From IMG/VR virus record IMGVR_UViG_3300021432_000009, positions 1 through 62,045 of that record: DNA of 62,045 nt; one strand, 5' to 3'. Below the pieces are notes generated by a model that was given only the letters and a program-made list of their open reading frames with translations, searched no databases and was not told where the DNA came from. The position numbers were made by a program, and so were the translations under genes. Positions 54,639 through 62,045 of this stretch are shown here, one piece after another. This stretch comes from a virus. Taxonomy: Duplodnaviria; Caudoviricetes. Every line of letters starts with the position of its first letter. Within the stretch, counting starts at the first letter, position 1.

Positions 54639-54896
54639 ATGAAATTGCACGCCAAGCCAAACCCTCTGCCGTGCCGCTTCTGCGGCTCGTTGCCGCATTT
54701 GCGCTCGCGCGACGTTCACTTCCGTCCCTCGGACGATTACCTATTCACCGAAATTGAGATTGAGTGCTCAAACCCAGATTGCTCCAAGGAACATCGTCAC
54801 TTTTCTGCTCGAGCGACTCGTCGCGAGGCTCTCCTCGCCTGGAATAAACGAAACAGAGGAGCGCAAAGCGCATGCCCATTAAGCAATCCCGCATGA
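54639..54896 (+). CDS. Lar-family (restriction alleviation-like) zinc finger
   Basis: LPC.FCG...C...C...A...WN.R. Confidence 0.65.
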   Translation: MKLHAKPNPLPCRFCGSLPHLRSRDVHFRPSDDYLFTEIEIECSNPDCSKEHRHFSARATRREALLAWNKRNRGAQSACPLSNPA

Positions 54897-55267
54897 TCGC
54901 CCTAGTCCGCGCAGCGGACAGCGCACTCGCAAAGCTGCAGTCCCTCCGCGAGCAATGTCTCGGCGCGCTCGCCTCGCCCGACCGCGACGAGTCGCTCGCC
55001 CGCATCGCAGAGCTCCTAATGTCCACTGCGTATGCACCCGAGCCCAGCGCAATCGAAACTATCGTCGCCGAGCGCGTTCACTTCCGCCTTCGCGAGCACT
55101 CTAACAATCGCAACGCTGCGCGTTTGCGGCGCATAAGGGGCGCCGCAAAGCCCGACGACGCAGCTGTGTTTGAACAAGACACGCGGCTACAGGCCACGCT
55201 CAGCGATATTGACGAGGCACTTGATGGCGATATAGAAGTGCCGGAGGCATGCGGTCCGCCGTTATGA
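54872..55267 (+). CDS. Hypothetical protein
   Basis: GAGGAG RBS. Confidence 0.6.
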   Translation: MPIKQSRMIALVRAADSALAKLQSLREQCLGALASPDRDESLARIAELLMSTAYAPEPSAIETIVAERVHFRLREHSNNRNAARLRRIRGAAKPDDAAVFEQDTRLQATLSDIDEALDGDIEVPEACGPPL

Positions 55268-55309
55268 CGCATAACGAAAATTATGGGCCACGCGACCGCA
55301 CAAAAGGCA

Positions 55310-55338
55310 TTGACATCCGACCCACGTTATGCTATAAC
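55310..55338 (+). promoter_or_regulatory. Sigma70 promoter
   Basis: TTGACA-17-TATAAC, TG extended. Confidence 0.82.
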
Positions 55339-55344
55339 CCACCA

Positions 55345-55620
55345 CATGAACGACGCACAACGCACTAACGCCAGCCTATCTACGGACCCACGCTCCATGT
55401 CCCCATCGTCTCAACACAGTCCCGCGCACGCGCGGCGCACCAGGGCGAACAGAGGCGACATTGGAACGCACGGGCCAACGGCGGGACGCAATCCGGCCGC
55501 GATAGGTTGGCGTTAGTGCGCACTTTGCGAGTGGCGCGCGTATCGAATAGCGCCCCTCGCCGACCCCGGCCGGATTAACGCCCCTTGGTCCGGCCGGGGC
55601 TTCGCCTTCGCAAGGGGTCA
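55345..55620 (+). ncRNA. Candidate structured leader / ncRNA
   Basis: 20-bp stem 55361-55380/55501-55520 with one G-U pair; 11-bp stem 55564-55599. Confidence 0.5.
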
Positions 55621-55637
55621 CAAGGGGAACTACTGCC

Positions 55638-56369
55638 ATGACGCCGCAGGAACGCGAAGCACTCGTCGCTCGTATTCGCAAGCTTTCTCGCTTCACAACC
55701 GCCTCCGGTTGCACCGAGCACGAAGCAAACGCGGCGCTCGCAAAGGTTCGCGAGTTAATCGCCGCGCACAACGTAACGCAGAGCGAACTCGAAGTTCGCT
55801 TCGAAGCCGCGCGGTGCGTCACAGACGACTTCACCGAGTTGAATAGCACAATAGGCGATTGGGCGCAATGCGCGGTGGAGATCGCTGCGCTGTACGGCAC
55901 CCGCGCATGGTGCAGTCGCGGCAACGAGGACGCTCTCGGCCTCGGCTTCACCTGCGCGGTAACCAAGGTCAAGTTCTTCGGCTTAATGGCCGACGTAGCC
56001 GCGAGTGTCGCCACTGCGGGCATCGTCTGCAGCGCCGTGAGCCACGAGGCGGCGCGCTACAGCGGCGGCGGACGAAACGGCCGTGCGTCATTCCGCGCCG
56101 GCATGATCGCGCGCCTTCGCCAGCGCCTTCGCGACATGAAGGGCGAAGAGCGCAAGGTCGCCGCCAGCGGAACAGCGCTAATTGTTTTAAAGGACCAGCT
56201 CGTGACGGAAGAGTACGCGAAGCTCAACCTGCGCCTTCGCACGCGCTACGCAGGGCGCCCAACGGCGCACAACAGCGCCGCGTACGCCGCAGGCGGCGCC
56301 GCCGGTTCGCGAGTCGACCTCGGCGGCGGCAAGATCACAGCGCAGCGCTCAATCGCATCGGGGAGGTAA
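55638..56369 (+). CDS. DUF2786-family protein
   Basis: RIRKL......TEHEA..A..K..EL...HN; SF..G...RL..RL; AY.AG..AG. Confidence 0.8.
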   Translation: MTPQEREALVARIRKLSRFTTASGCTEHEANAALAKVRELIAAHNVTQSELEVRFEAARCVTDDFTELNSTIGDWAQCAVEIAALYGTRAWCSRGNEDALGLGFTCAVTKVKFFGLMADVAASVATAGIVCSAVSHEAARYSGGGRNGRASFRAGMIARLRQRLRDMKGEERKVAASGTALIVLKDQLVTEEYAKLNLRLRTRYAGRPTAHNSAAYAAGGAAGSRVDLGGGKITAQRSIASGR

Positions 56370-56373
56370 GCAG

Positions 56374-56550
56374 ATGACAAAGCCAAGTGACTATTGTACT
56401 CGCTGCAAGAAACAACCCGTCGAAGTTATTGACGATTGGGTCTCGCAATATTGTGATGCCTGTAATGACAGGCTCGCCGAGAAATATCGTGAGCAGCAAG
56501 AATATCTGTACTATCATACAGATATTTTCAAGGGACAGAAAGATGGCTGA
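56374..56550 (+). CDS. 58-aa zinc-finger protein
   Basis: GGAGG RBS; CTRC...CDAC; translated by hand. Confidence 0.55.
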   Translation: MTKPSDYCTRCKKQPVEVIDDWVSQYCDACNDRLAEKYREQQEYLYYHTDIFKGQKDG

Positions 56551-56959
56551 GACCTTCCCCATTCCCCGTTACGCCGCATCCATCTGGCTTGCCGGCGAGA
56601 ACCTAATGCTCGGCCTACCGCCCTCGGACGGCTTCGAACGAGGCCACACGGTAGTCATCCCGCTCGCAAAGTGCGCCACTTCTCGGCCTATCGGCGAATG
56701 GGAGCACGACCACAACACAGTCGACCTATCACGCTACGCCGCGACGGTGGGGTTCACCACGCTGCTGAGCGTACTCGCCGAGCGCGAGCGAGCAGGGCGC
56801 ATTTCGCCCCGCTTAGGCGAGCGCAGCGAACCAACGCAGTATAACATCGACGCGATACTTCGCCGCATTACGAAGTACGCGCCAAACGGGCGCGTAGCAG
56901 CGACAAGCCTAGCGGATCTCGGCCTAGACGACGAGCCGGTAAACCACGAATTTCCATAG
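56543..56959 (+). CDS. Hypothetical protein with SLADLGL motif
   Basis: ATG 56543; PTQY motif. Confidence 0.6.
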   Translation: MAETFPIPRYAASIWLAGENLMLGLPPSDGFERGHTVVIPLAKCATSRPIGEWEHDHNTVDLSRYAATVGFTTLLSVLAERERAGRISPRLGERSEPTQYNIDAILRRITKYAPNGRVAATSLADLGLDDEPVNHEFP

Positions 56960-56973
56960 GAGCGACCACTGCC

Positions 56974-57342
56974 ATGAGCAAGACCTACGACGTTTGGCTT
57001 CGCGTACCTACGCTAAAGCTCGCCACGATCATCGAAGTCATCGACGGTGAGGGCGAGCTTCTAAGCGTCGCAGCGACGCCCGACGAGGCGCCAATAAAGC
57101 CGAAACGCGCCATTGTGCGCAAACGCGCCGCGAATGGCCTGCGCGCAGTCGACCTCGTGCTCGAAGTCGCGAAGGGCGGCAAGGACGTCAGCTACGACGA
57201 GCTGAAGAGCGAATTTATCTCGCGTGGCTTCGCTGCGAACTCGGCTTCGCCGGCCCTCAGCATTTTGAAGAAGTCCGGCGCAATCGTGCAGGTTCGCCCC
57301 AGCGTCTACAAGATCGCGCCAAAGCCGCGCGCAGCGCAATGA
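56974..57342 (+). CDS. Putative winged-helix protein
   Basis: AGGAG RBS; S.S.ALS.L...G.I......Y. Confidence 0.6.
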   Translation: MSKTYDVWLRVPTLKLATIIEVIDGEGELLSVAATPDEAPIKPKRAIVRKRAANGLRAVDLVLEVAKGGKDVSYDELKSEFISRGFAANSASPALSILKKSGAIVQVRPSVYKIAPKPRAAQ

Positions 57343-57614
57343 GCAGCCCCTCGCCGAAGGCCGCCGCCGCCATGCTCGATCGTAGCAAGCGCATCTTCGC
57401 CACATTCGACGACGAGCAGCTAACATGCGAGGAAATCGGCTTCACGCTGCTATTCACTCTCGCCTTTCATAGCGTCCTATCACGCAACAAGTCGCAAACG
57501 CTACTTGAGCACTTCGACGGAATGCGAAACATCTACGAGCGCATGTTCAAGCTAGTGCAGAGCACCGGCGTCGAACGGGACTTCGACAGTTACAAAGCAA
57601 AGGAGCGCACATGA
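57339..57614 (+). CDS. Hypothetical protein
   Basis: Coupled ORF. Confidence 0.6.
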   Translation: MSSPSPKAAAAMLDRSKRIFATFDDEQLTCEEIGFTLLFTLAFHSVLSRNKSQTLLEHFDGMRNIYERMFKLVQSTGVERDFDSYKAKERT

Positions 57615-57886
57615 CTTCGCCAGACCTCACAGGGCTCGCAAATCGCGCCCTCGTCGTACTCAGCGCCCTTGCGAGCGCACTCGAAGACGACATCCAAGAC
57701 CTGGAGACGGAGCAGGAAGACTCGCAGGAAGCCGCGGATGAGTGGGATGAGGAGAGCGGCGAGCCCGAGCCAGACGTGGTAGACCACTCCGCGCAAATCG
57801 ACGTGCTAGAGACTGCGCTCGCCGAGACCAAGGCTGCGCAAGATGCAATCGAGGGGCTCAGCTTCACAGCGGAGAAGAGTGAATGA
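57611..57886 (+). CDS. Highly acidic small protein
   Basis: AAGGAG RBS; D/E-rich. Confidence 0.65.
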   Translation: MTSPDLTGLANRALVVLSALASALEDDIQDLETEQEDSQEAADEWDEESGEPEPDVVDHSAQIDVLETALAETKAAQDAIEGLSFTAEKSE

Positions 57887-58254
57887 GCAAAGTCACACTC
57901 GCCGCTAGCCTCGCCCTTTGTGTTGCTGCCTGCTCCAACGATGCACAAGTCGCATCATATAACCTATCGCAGGCCGCAGACAACTTCAAGATAAATCGCC
58001 GAATAGTCTTCTACAACGGCATAACTGGCGACTACATGCTAGTTATCGAGGGCCTTTGCTCGCAAGAGCCCAAGGAGCGTAAACTTGAAGTCACCTGCAA
58101 GGTAGGAGAGGGCGAGTACAAGAAACACTTCCTCGGCCTGAGCGACAACGTGACGTACTTCTCCGAGCAAATGGACGCAGCAAAGGTCGGCGTGTACTTC
58201 TATCGCGTTACGTTCAAGCCAACTACTATTGTACCAAACGTGGAGCTTCGATAA
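57883..58254 (+). CDS. Lipoprotein
   Basis: Lipobox VAAC; AS.NLS.AADNF.I.RRIVF.NGIT. Confidence 0.8.
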   Translation: MSKVTLAASLALCVAACSNDAQVASYNLSQAADNFKINRRIVFYNGITGDYMLVIEGLCSQEPKERKLEVTCKVGEGEYKKHFLGLSDNVTYFSEQMDAAKVGVYFYRVTFKPTTIVPNVELR

Positions 58255-58661
58255 TGAGCAAAGTCACCGCACCCCTAGTGGGTATGCACTTCCGTCCGCC
58301 AGCGAAGGCTATTCTCTCTGTGTTGCCCAGCAACTGCCCACTTTATGTAGTGCCTGAGCCTGACAATCCATACGACGCAAATGCGCTGCAAGTGTTCGTC
58401 CGCAGCGCGGACATACCCGAGTCGCAGCATTCGGAGCTCAGCGAACTCGGCAACGCCAGCGCGCTATTCGGCACATCGCTCGCCGAGATACTCGCGCAAG
58501 AGCGCTGGCACCTCGGCTACGTGAAGGCGACGGAAGCGGTGCATATCGCGCCACGCATCGCGCAAGCATTCGAGCTACAAACCTATATCGAATTTATGCC
58601 AGCCACCCTCGCCTTCGACTCTGCCGGCAAGCCACTAGTCGCAATGGAGTTGCCAGCTTAG
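58254..58661 (+). CDS. HIRAN domain protein
   Basis: VG..FR, EPDNPYD.NA, LGYV. Confidence 0.75.
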   Translation: MSKVTAPLVGMHFRPPAKAILSVLPSNCPLYVVPEPDNPYDANALQVFVRSADIPESQHSELSELGNASALFGTSLAEILAQERWHLGYVKATEAVHIAPRIAQAFELQTYIEFMPATLAFDSAGKPLVAMELPA

Positions 58662-58687
58662 GCCGGCAAAACGAAAGGAAGGCAACC

Positions 58688-59092
58688 ATGAATGCAAGTA
58701 ACGGCGCTGCCAGCGGCGCATCCCTCGCCACCATCACAACTCGCGCAGTTGACCAGATTGGCGACAGCGCGGCGAGTGAGCTAGAGCGCCTCGCCGACGG
58801 CATAGAGGCAGAAGCGCAGGAGAAAGCCGCTAACCTCCTTCGCTTCGCAAAGGAAAACGCCGACGTGCTGCGGCGCTTCGCCGCGAGCTGGCGCACGCAG
58901 ACCCGCGCAGCAGCGGAGGACATGACGCGCTTCTGCGCAAAGAGTACGGATATTTTCACTAGCATTGAAGCGCTCGAAGCACGCGTTGCGCAGAGCCACA
59001 CTGCGAACGTCGAAGTTGCGAAGAGCCTCGCAACGCCACTCGACACCAGCACGGCGGTAATCTGTGGGAGCCACGATAATGAGCATCGTTAA
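58688..59092 (+). CDS. Coiled-coil hypothetical protein
   Basis: AAGG RBS. Confidence 0.6.
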   Translation: MNASNGAASGASLATITTRAVDQIGDSAASELERLADGIEAEAQEKAANLLRFAKENADVLRRFAASWRTQTRAAAEDMTRFCAKSTDIFTSIEALEARVAQSHTANVEVAKSLATPLDTSTAVICGSHDNEHR

Positions 59093-59191
59093 CGGCATCC
59101 TACTCGCCATGGCCTTATGGGCGCTCCTATGCGCTGTCGTACTCGTGTGGTTTGGCAAGGCCAGGCTGGACTAAGGGCGCGAGCATCCACC

Positions 59192-59593
59192 ATGGGTATG
59201 TATACTGAGATATTCGTTTCAACTAGAGTCATGACTGGCTCGCCAGCTGTGCCTGTCCTCTCCTATATGTGCGAGAAAGGCGACTTGCCAAACGAGTTAC
59301 CAAACCATGCGTTCTTTTACTCAGCCAGATGGAAGTGGTTATTGCGAAGTAGTAGCTATTACTTTGTCCCTCGATCTATTCAACTGTTCGAATACGACAA
59401 AATAGGCAATTATTGGGTGCTCATTGCCTTGAGCAGCCTTAAGAACTACAACGGTGAGGTCGAAAAGTTCTTCGACTGGCTCGATCCGCTTCTCGATCTC
59501 GTTAACGGCGAAATGATCGGCTATTCTCGATACGAAGAAGATAATTCGCCAATAATCTGGTACAAAGGCGCGAGTAGTATCACGAAGTTGTGA
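59192..59593 (+). CDS. Hypothetical protein
   Basis: MGMYT...LKNY..E.E.F.DW..P....GY..YEE motif. Confidence 0.75.
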   Translation: MGMYTEIFVSTRVMTGSPAVPVLSYMCEKGDLPNELPNHAFFYSARWKWLLRSSSYYFVPRSIQLFEYDKIGNYWVLIALSSLKNYNGEVEKFFDWLDPLLDLVNGEMIGYSRYEEDNSPIIWYKGASSITKL

Positions 59594-59615
59594 ATGGCGC
59601 ACATACGCGCGCATA

Positions 59616-59644
59616 TTGACAATGTGTGCCGCACGTCGTATAAT
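59616..59644 (+). promoter_or_regulatory. Consensus sigma70 promoter
   Basis: TTGACA-17-TATAAT. Confidence 0.85.
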
Positions 59645-59671
59645 GCGCGCAACGAAAGGGGCGCAGCAGCT

Positions 59672-61204
59672 ATGCAATTCACTCCCACCGCCGAGCAGCA
59701 GGCCATTATCTCCGCCGCGAAGGACTCGCAGGCTTCACTCATGGTCAATGCGTTCGCCGGTTGCGCTAAGACGAGCACCCTTGAGCTAGTCGCCCGGGCG
59801 CTTCCTGCGGAGTTACCAATCCTCTACATCGTCTTCAACGTTAAGAACAAGAAAGAAGCCGAGTCGCGCTTCCCACCCAACGTGGTCGTTAAGACCATAA
59901 ATGGCCTCGGCCATGGCGCCTGGGGCAGGGCGATCGGGAAGCGCCTAGTGCTAGACGATCGCAAACTCGGGAAGCTCGTCACGGCCTGCGCGAAGGAGCG
60001 CGGCTTCGCCGCAAGTACGGAACAGTGGGCGAACATTCGCGAGCTAACGACTAAGGCCATGCAAGTCGGCCTAGTACCGAGTGGCTTCAGCGCGAAGGGG
60101 CTAGTCGAGGACTCAGCAGAAGTCTGGAGCGATCTTGCCAGCGAAGTCGGCGCGTATGACAACGTCGAGGTGCTCGTGAGCCTCGCCCGGGAAGTGCTAG
60201 GCGAGTCCATCAAGCAAAGCTTCGCCGGGGTCATCTCCTTCGATGACCAGATCTACATGAGCGTTCTCTTCCACGGCGTCTTTCCGCGCTTCTCGCTCGT
60301 TCTCGTTGATGAGGCGCAAGACCAATCCGAACTAAACATCAGAATGATCTCGCGCTGCGCAGCAGACAGACTCATTGTGGTGGGAGATACTAAGCAGGCG
60401 TGCTACTTGTGGCGTGGCGCCGCAGGCGACGCAATGGAGCGCCTTCGCAAGCTGCGCGCGGAGTGGATCGACTTGCCACTCGCCACGACATTCCGCTGTC
60501 CCAAGGTCGTAGTTGAGCGCAACAGGGCGCACGCGCCGGGCTTCGCAGCATTCGAAGCCAACAGACAGGGCGAACACATTCGCTTTCCAAAACCGCCGAA
60601 TGAGTATCCTCACGATGAGCAACCGTGCTGGACATGGCCCGATGTGCCGCAGAACGGCACCGTCGCTGTCGTCTGCCGCAACAACGCCCCGGCGCTCAGC
60701 CTCGCCTTCAAGCTCCTCGCACAGGGCGTCGCAGTAGTGATGCTCGGCCGCGACATCGGGAAGGGCCTCGTGGGGCTCAGCAAGAAGCTATTGCCGCTCG
60801 ACGACATCCCACGCGAGCATTGCGTCACGCTAATCGAAGATTGGCGGAACAAGGAAGCCGCACTCGCGGCTGTGAATGGCCAGGACAAGAAGCTAGAGGG
60901 CATAAACGACCGGGCAGACTGCCTACTCGCAGTACTTGGCAACGCGAAGAATAGCGGCGAGCTAAGGGCGAAGCTCGAGGCCCTATTCGCACGCGAGAAC
61001 GGCAAGGTGACGCTCTCTAGCATCCATCGAGCGAAAGGCCTCGAGTGGGACACCGTTGTGCTGCTCGACCCGTGGCGCATACCTAGTAAGTACGCAAAGC
61101 GCGACCCGCTGCAGTTGCAGCAAGAGTTTAACCTGCGGTATATCGCTGAGACCCGTAGCAAGCACACATTGATCGAAGCAAACCTTGAAGATTTCTCGTC
61201 CTAA
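59672..61204 (+). CDS. UvrD/Rep-like SF1 helicase
   Basis: EQ, AFAGCAKT, DEAQD, VGD.KQ, TFRCP, SIHRAKGLEW, YIA.TR. Confidence 0.92.
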   Translation: MQFTPTAEQQAIISAAKDSQASLMVNAFAGCAKTSTLELVARALPAELPILYIVFNVKNKKEAESRFPPNVVVKTINGLGHGAWGRAIGKRLVLDDRKLGKLVTACAKERGFAASTEQWANIRELTTKAMQVGLVPSGFSAKGLVEDSAEVWSDLASEVGAYDNVEVLVSLAREVLGESIKQSFAGVISFDDQIYMSVLFHGVFPRFSLVLVDEAQDQSELNIRMISRCAADRLIVVGDTKQACYLWRGAAGDAMERLRKLRAEWIDLPLATTFRCPKVVVERNRAHAPGFAAFEANRQGEHIRFPKPPNEYPHDEQPCWTWPDVPQNGTVAVVCRNNAPALSLAFKLLAQGVAVVMLGRDIGKGLVGLSKKLLPLDDIPREHCVTLIEDWRNKEAALAAVNGQDKKLEGINDRADCLLAVLGNAKNSGELRAKLEALFARENGKVTLSSIHRAKGLEWDTVVLLDPWRIPSKYAKRDPLQLQQEFNLRYIAETRSKHTLIEANLEDFSS

Positions 61205-61240
61205 TCAACCCAGGTTCCACTGAGGAACAGGAGAACGCAC

Positions 61241-62036
61241 ATGCAACAAGTATACTTTACCAACCCAGGTGAGATCGACCCTCGCACCATAACGACTATG
61301 GGCGTCAACGTAAAGCCAGGTGACTCGCCTATCGGCTACTTCGGCACTGGGCTGAAGTACGCCATCGCCGTCCTGCTGCGCAACGAGCAGGAAGTCGAAG
61401 TCTACAGTGGCACCACGAAGTACTCCTTCTCCGCCGCTCCGCAGGAAATCCGTGGCAAATGGTTCAACATCGTCGCAATGTCACGCGACGGAGCGGAGCC
61501 GCGATCTCTTGGTTTCACAATGGACCTCGGTAGGAACTGGACGGTTGAGAACGCATATAGGGAGCTTCATAGCAACTCGCTAGACGAATGCGGCGAACCG
61601 GGGCGCGAGGGTGCGGCAGAGCCGCGTGCAGGGCACACTACCATCGTCGTCCGCGGTGGCGCGTTCGCCAAGGCGCACCGCGACCGCTGGCAGTTCCTGC
61701 TGGACCCCGCAAGGGCGAAGCTGGCGAGCAATGGCGCGGTGGAGGTGTACGCTGGCAGCGCAAAGCACGTCTTTTACAAAGGTATCGCGGCCTACGCACT
61801 TGATAAGCCATCTGCGTACCTCTACAACATCACCGCGACAATGAGGCTAACGGAAGATCGCACGCTGGACGACGCCTGGACCGTCCGGCACCTTATCAGC
61901 CACGCACTCGTCTCCGCTGCGCACAGCAGCATTCTCGAAGCTGTCTTCACCAACGCCGAGGCGTTCGAAGCCAACCTCGACTACTACCTGGCTTCGCCCA
62001 GCGAAGTGGCGCTGGACTGCATCGAGCGCATTATGA
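61241..62036 (+). CDS. GHKL-like ATPase (continues across the junction to 566)
   Basis: AGGAG RBS; translated by hand: MQQVYFTNPGEID...IGYFGTGLKY...W....AYRELHSNSLDE. Confidence 0.75.
61911..62036. repeat. Terminal direct repeat, copy 2
   Basis: Identical to 1-126. Confidence 0.97.
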
Positions 62037-62045
62037 GATCGGAAG
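62036..62045. other. Illumina adapter remnant
   Basis: AGATCGGAAG. Confidence 0.9.

Noticed and set aside
61911-62045. Terminal repeat as a biological direct terminal repeat
   Set aside because: It falls inside an ORF, is about k-mer or read-overlap sized and abuts adapter sequence, so it is best explained as assembly circularity

Overview
The window appears to be a complete, circularly permuted dsDNA phage genome of about 61.9 kb: bases 1-126 recur at 61911-62036, and the window ends in AGATCGGAAG, an Illumina adapter remnant. It is a P22-like podophage, with a PBSX-type terminase, P22-type portal, scaffold, coat, gp4, gp10 and ejection proteins. The host is probably an alphaproteobacterium (Hyphomicrobiales-style TatA and porin). 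The + strand (about 53.4 kb round to 14.8 kb) carries early and replication genes: UvrD-like helicase, GHKL-like ATPase, Cas4-like exonuclease, Sak4-like ATPase, SSB, a ParB-methyltransferase fusion, a split UDG-exonuclease/PolA and a DUF3987 ATPase. The - strand (about 14.8-53.4 kb) carries morphogenesis, lysis and small genes. No integrase, tRNA or CRISPR array was found. The best candidate for an undescribed system is a protein-export module. It comprises a phage TatA and four proteins sharing a twin-arginine signal (RRxFL...AAPAIVRASSL); two of these, possibly three, are signal peptides fused to diverged, rearranged fragments of the phage's own major capsid protein. In addition, many tail/virion-region proteins carry signal peptides and the phage encodes a host-like outer-membrane beta-barrel. 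Non-coding highlights are a dispersed four-copy 30-bp dyad, a ~350-bp inverted-repeat region and two structured RNA candidates. All family assignments come from motif recognition by eye; no database searches were run.
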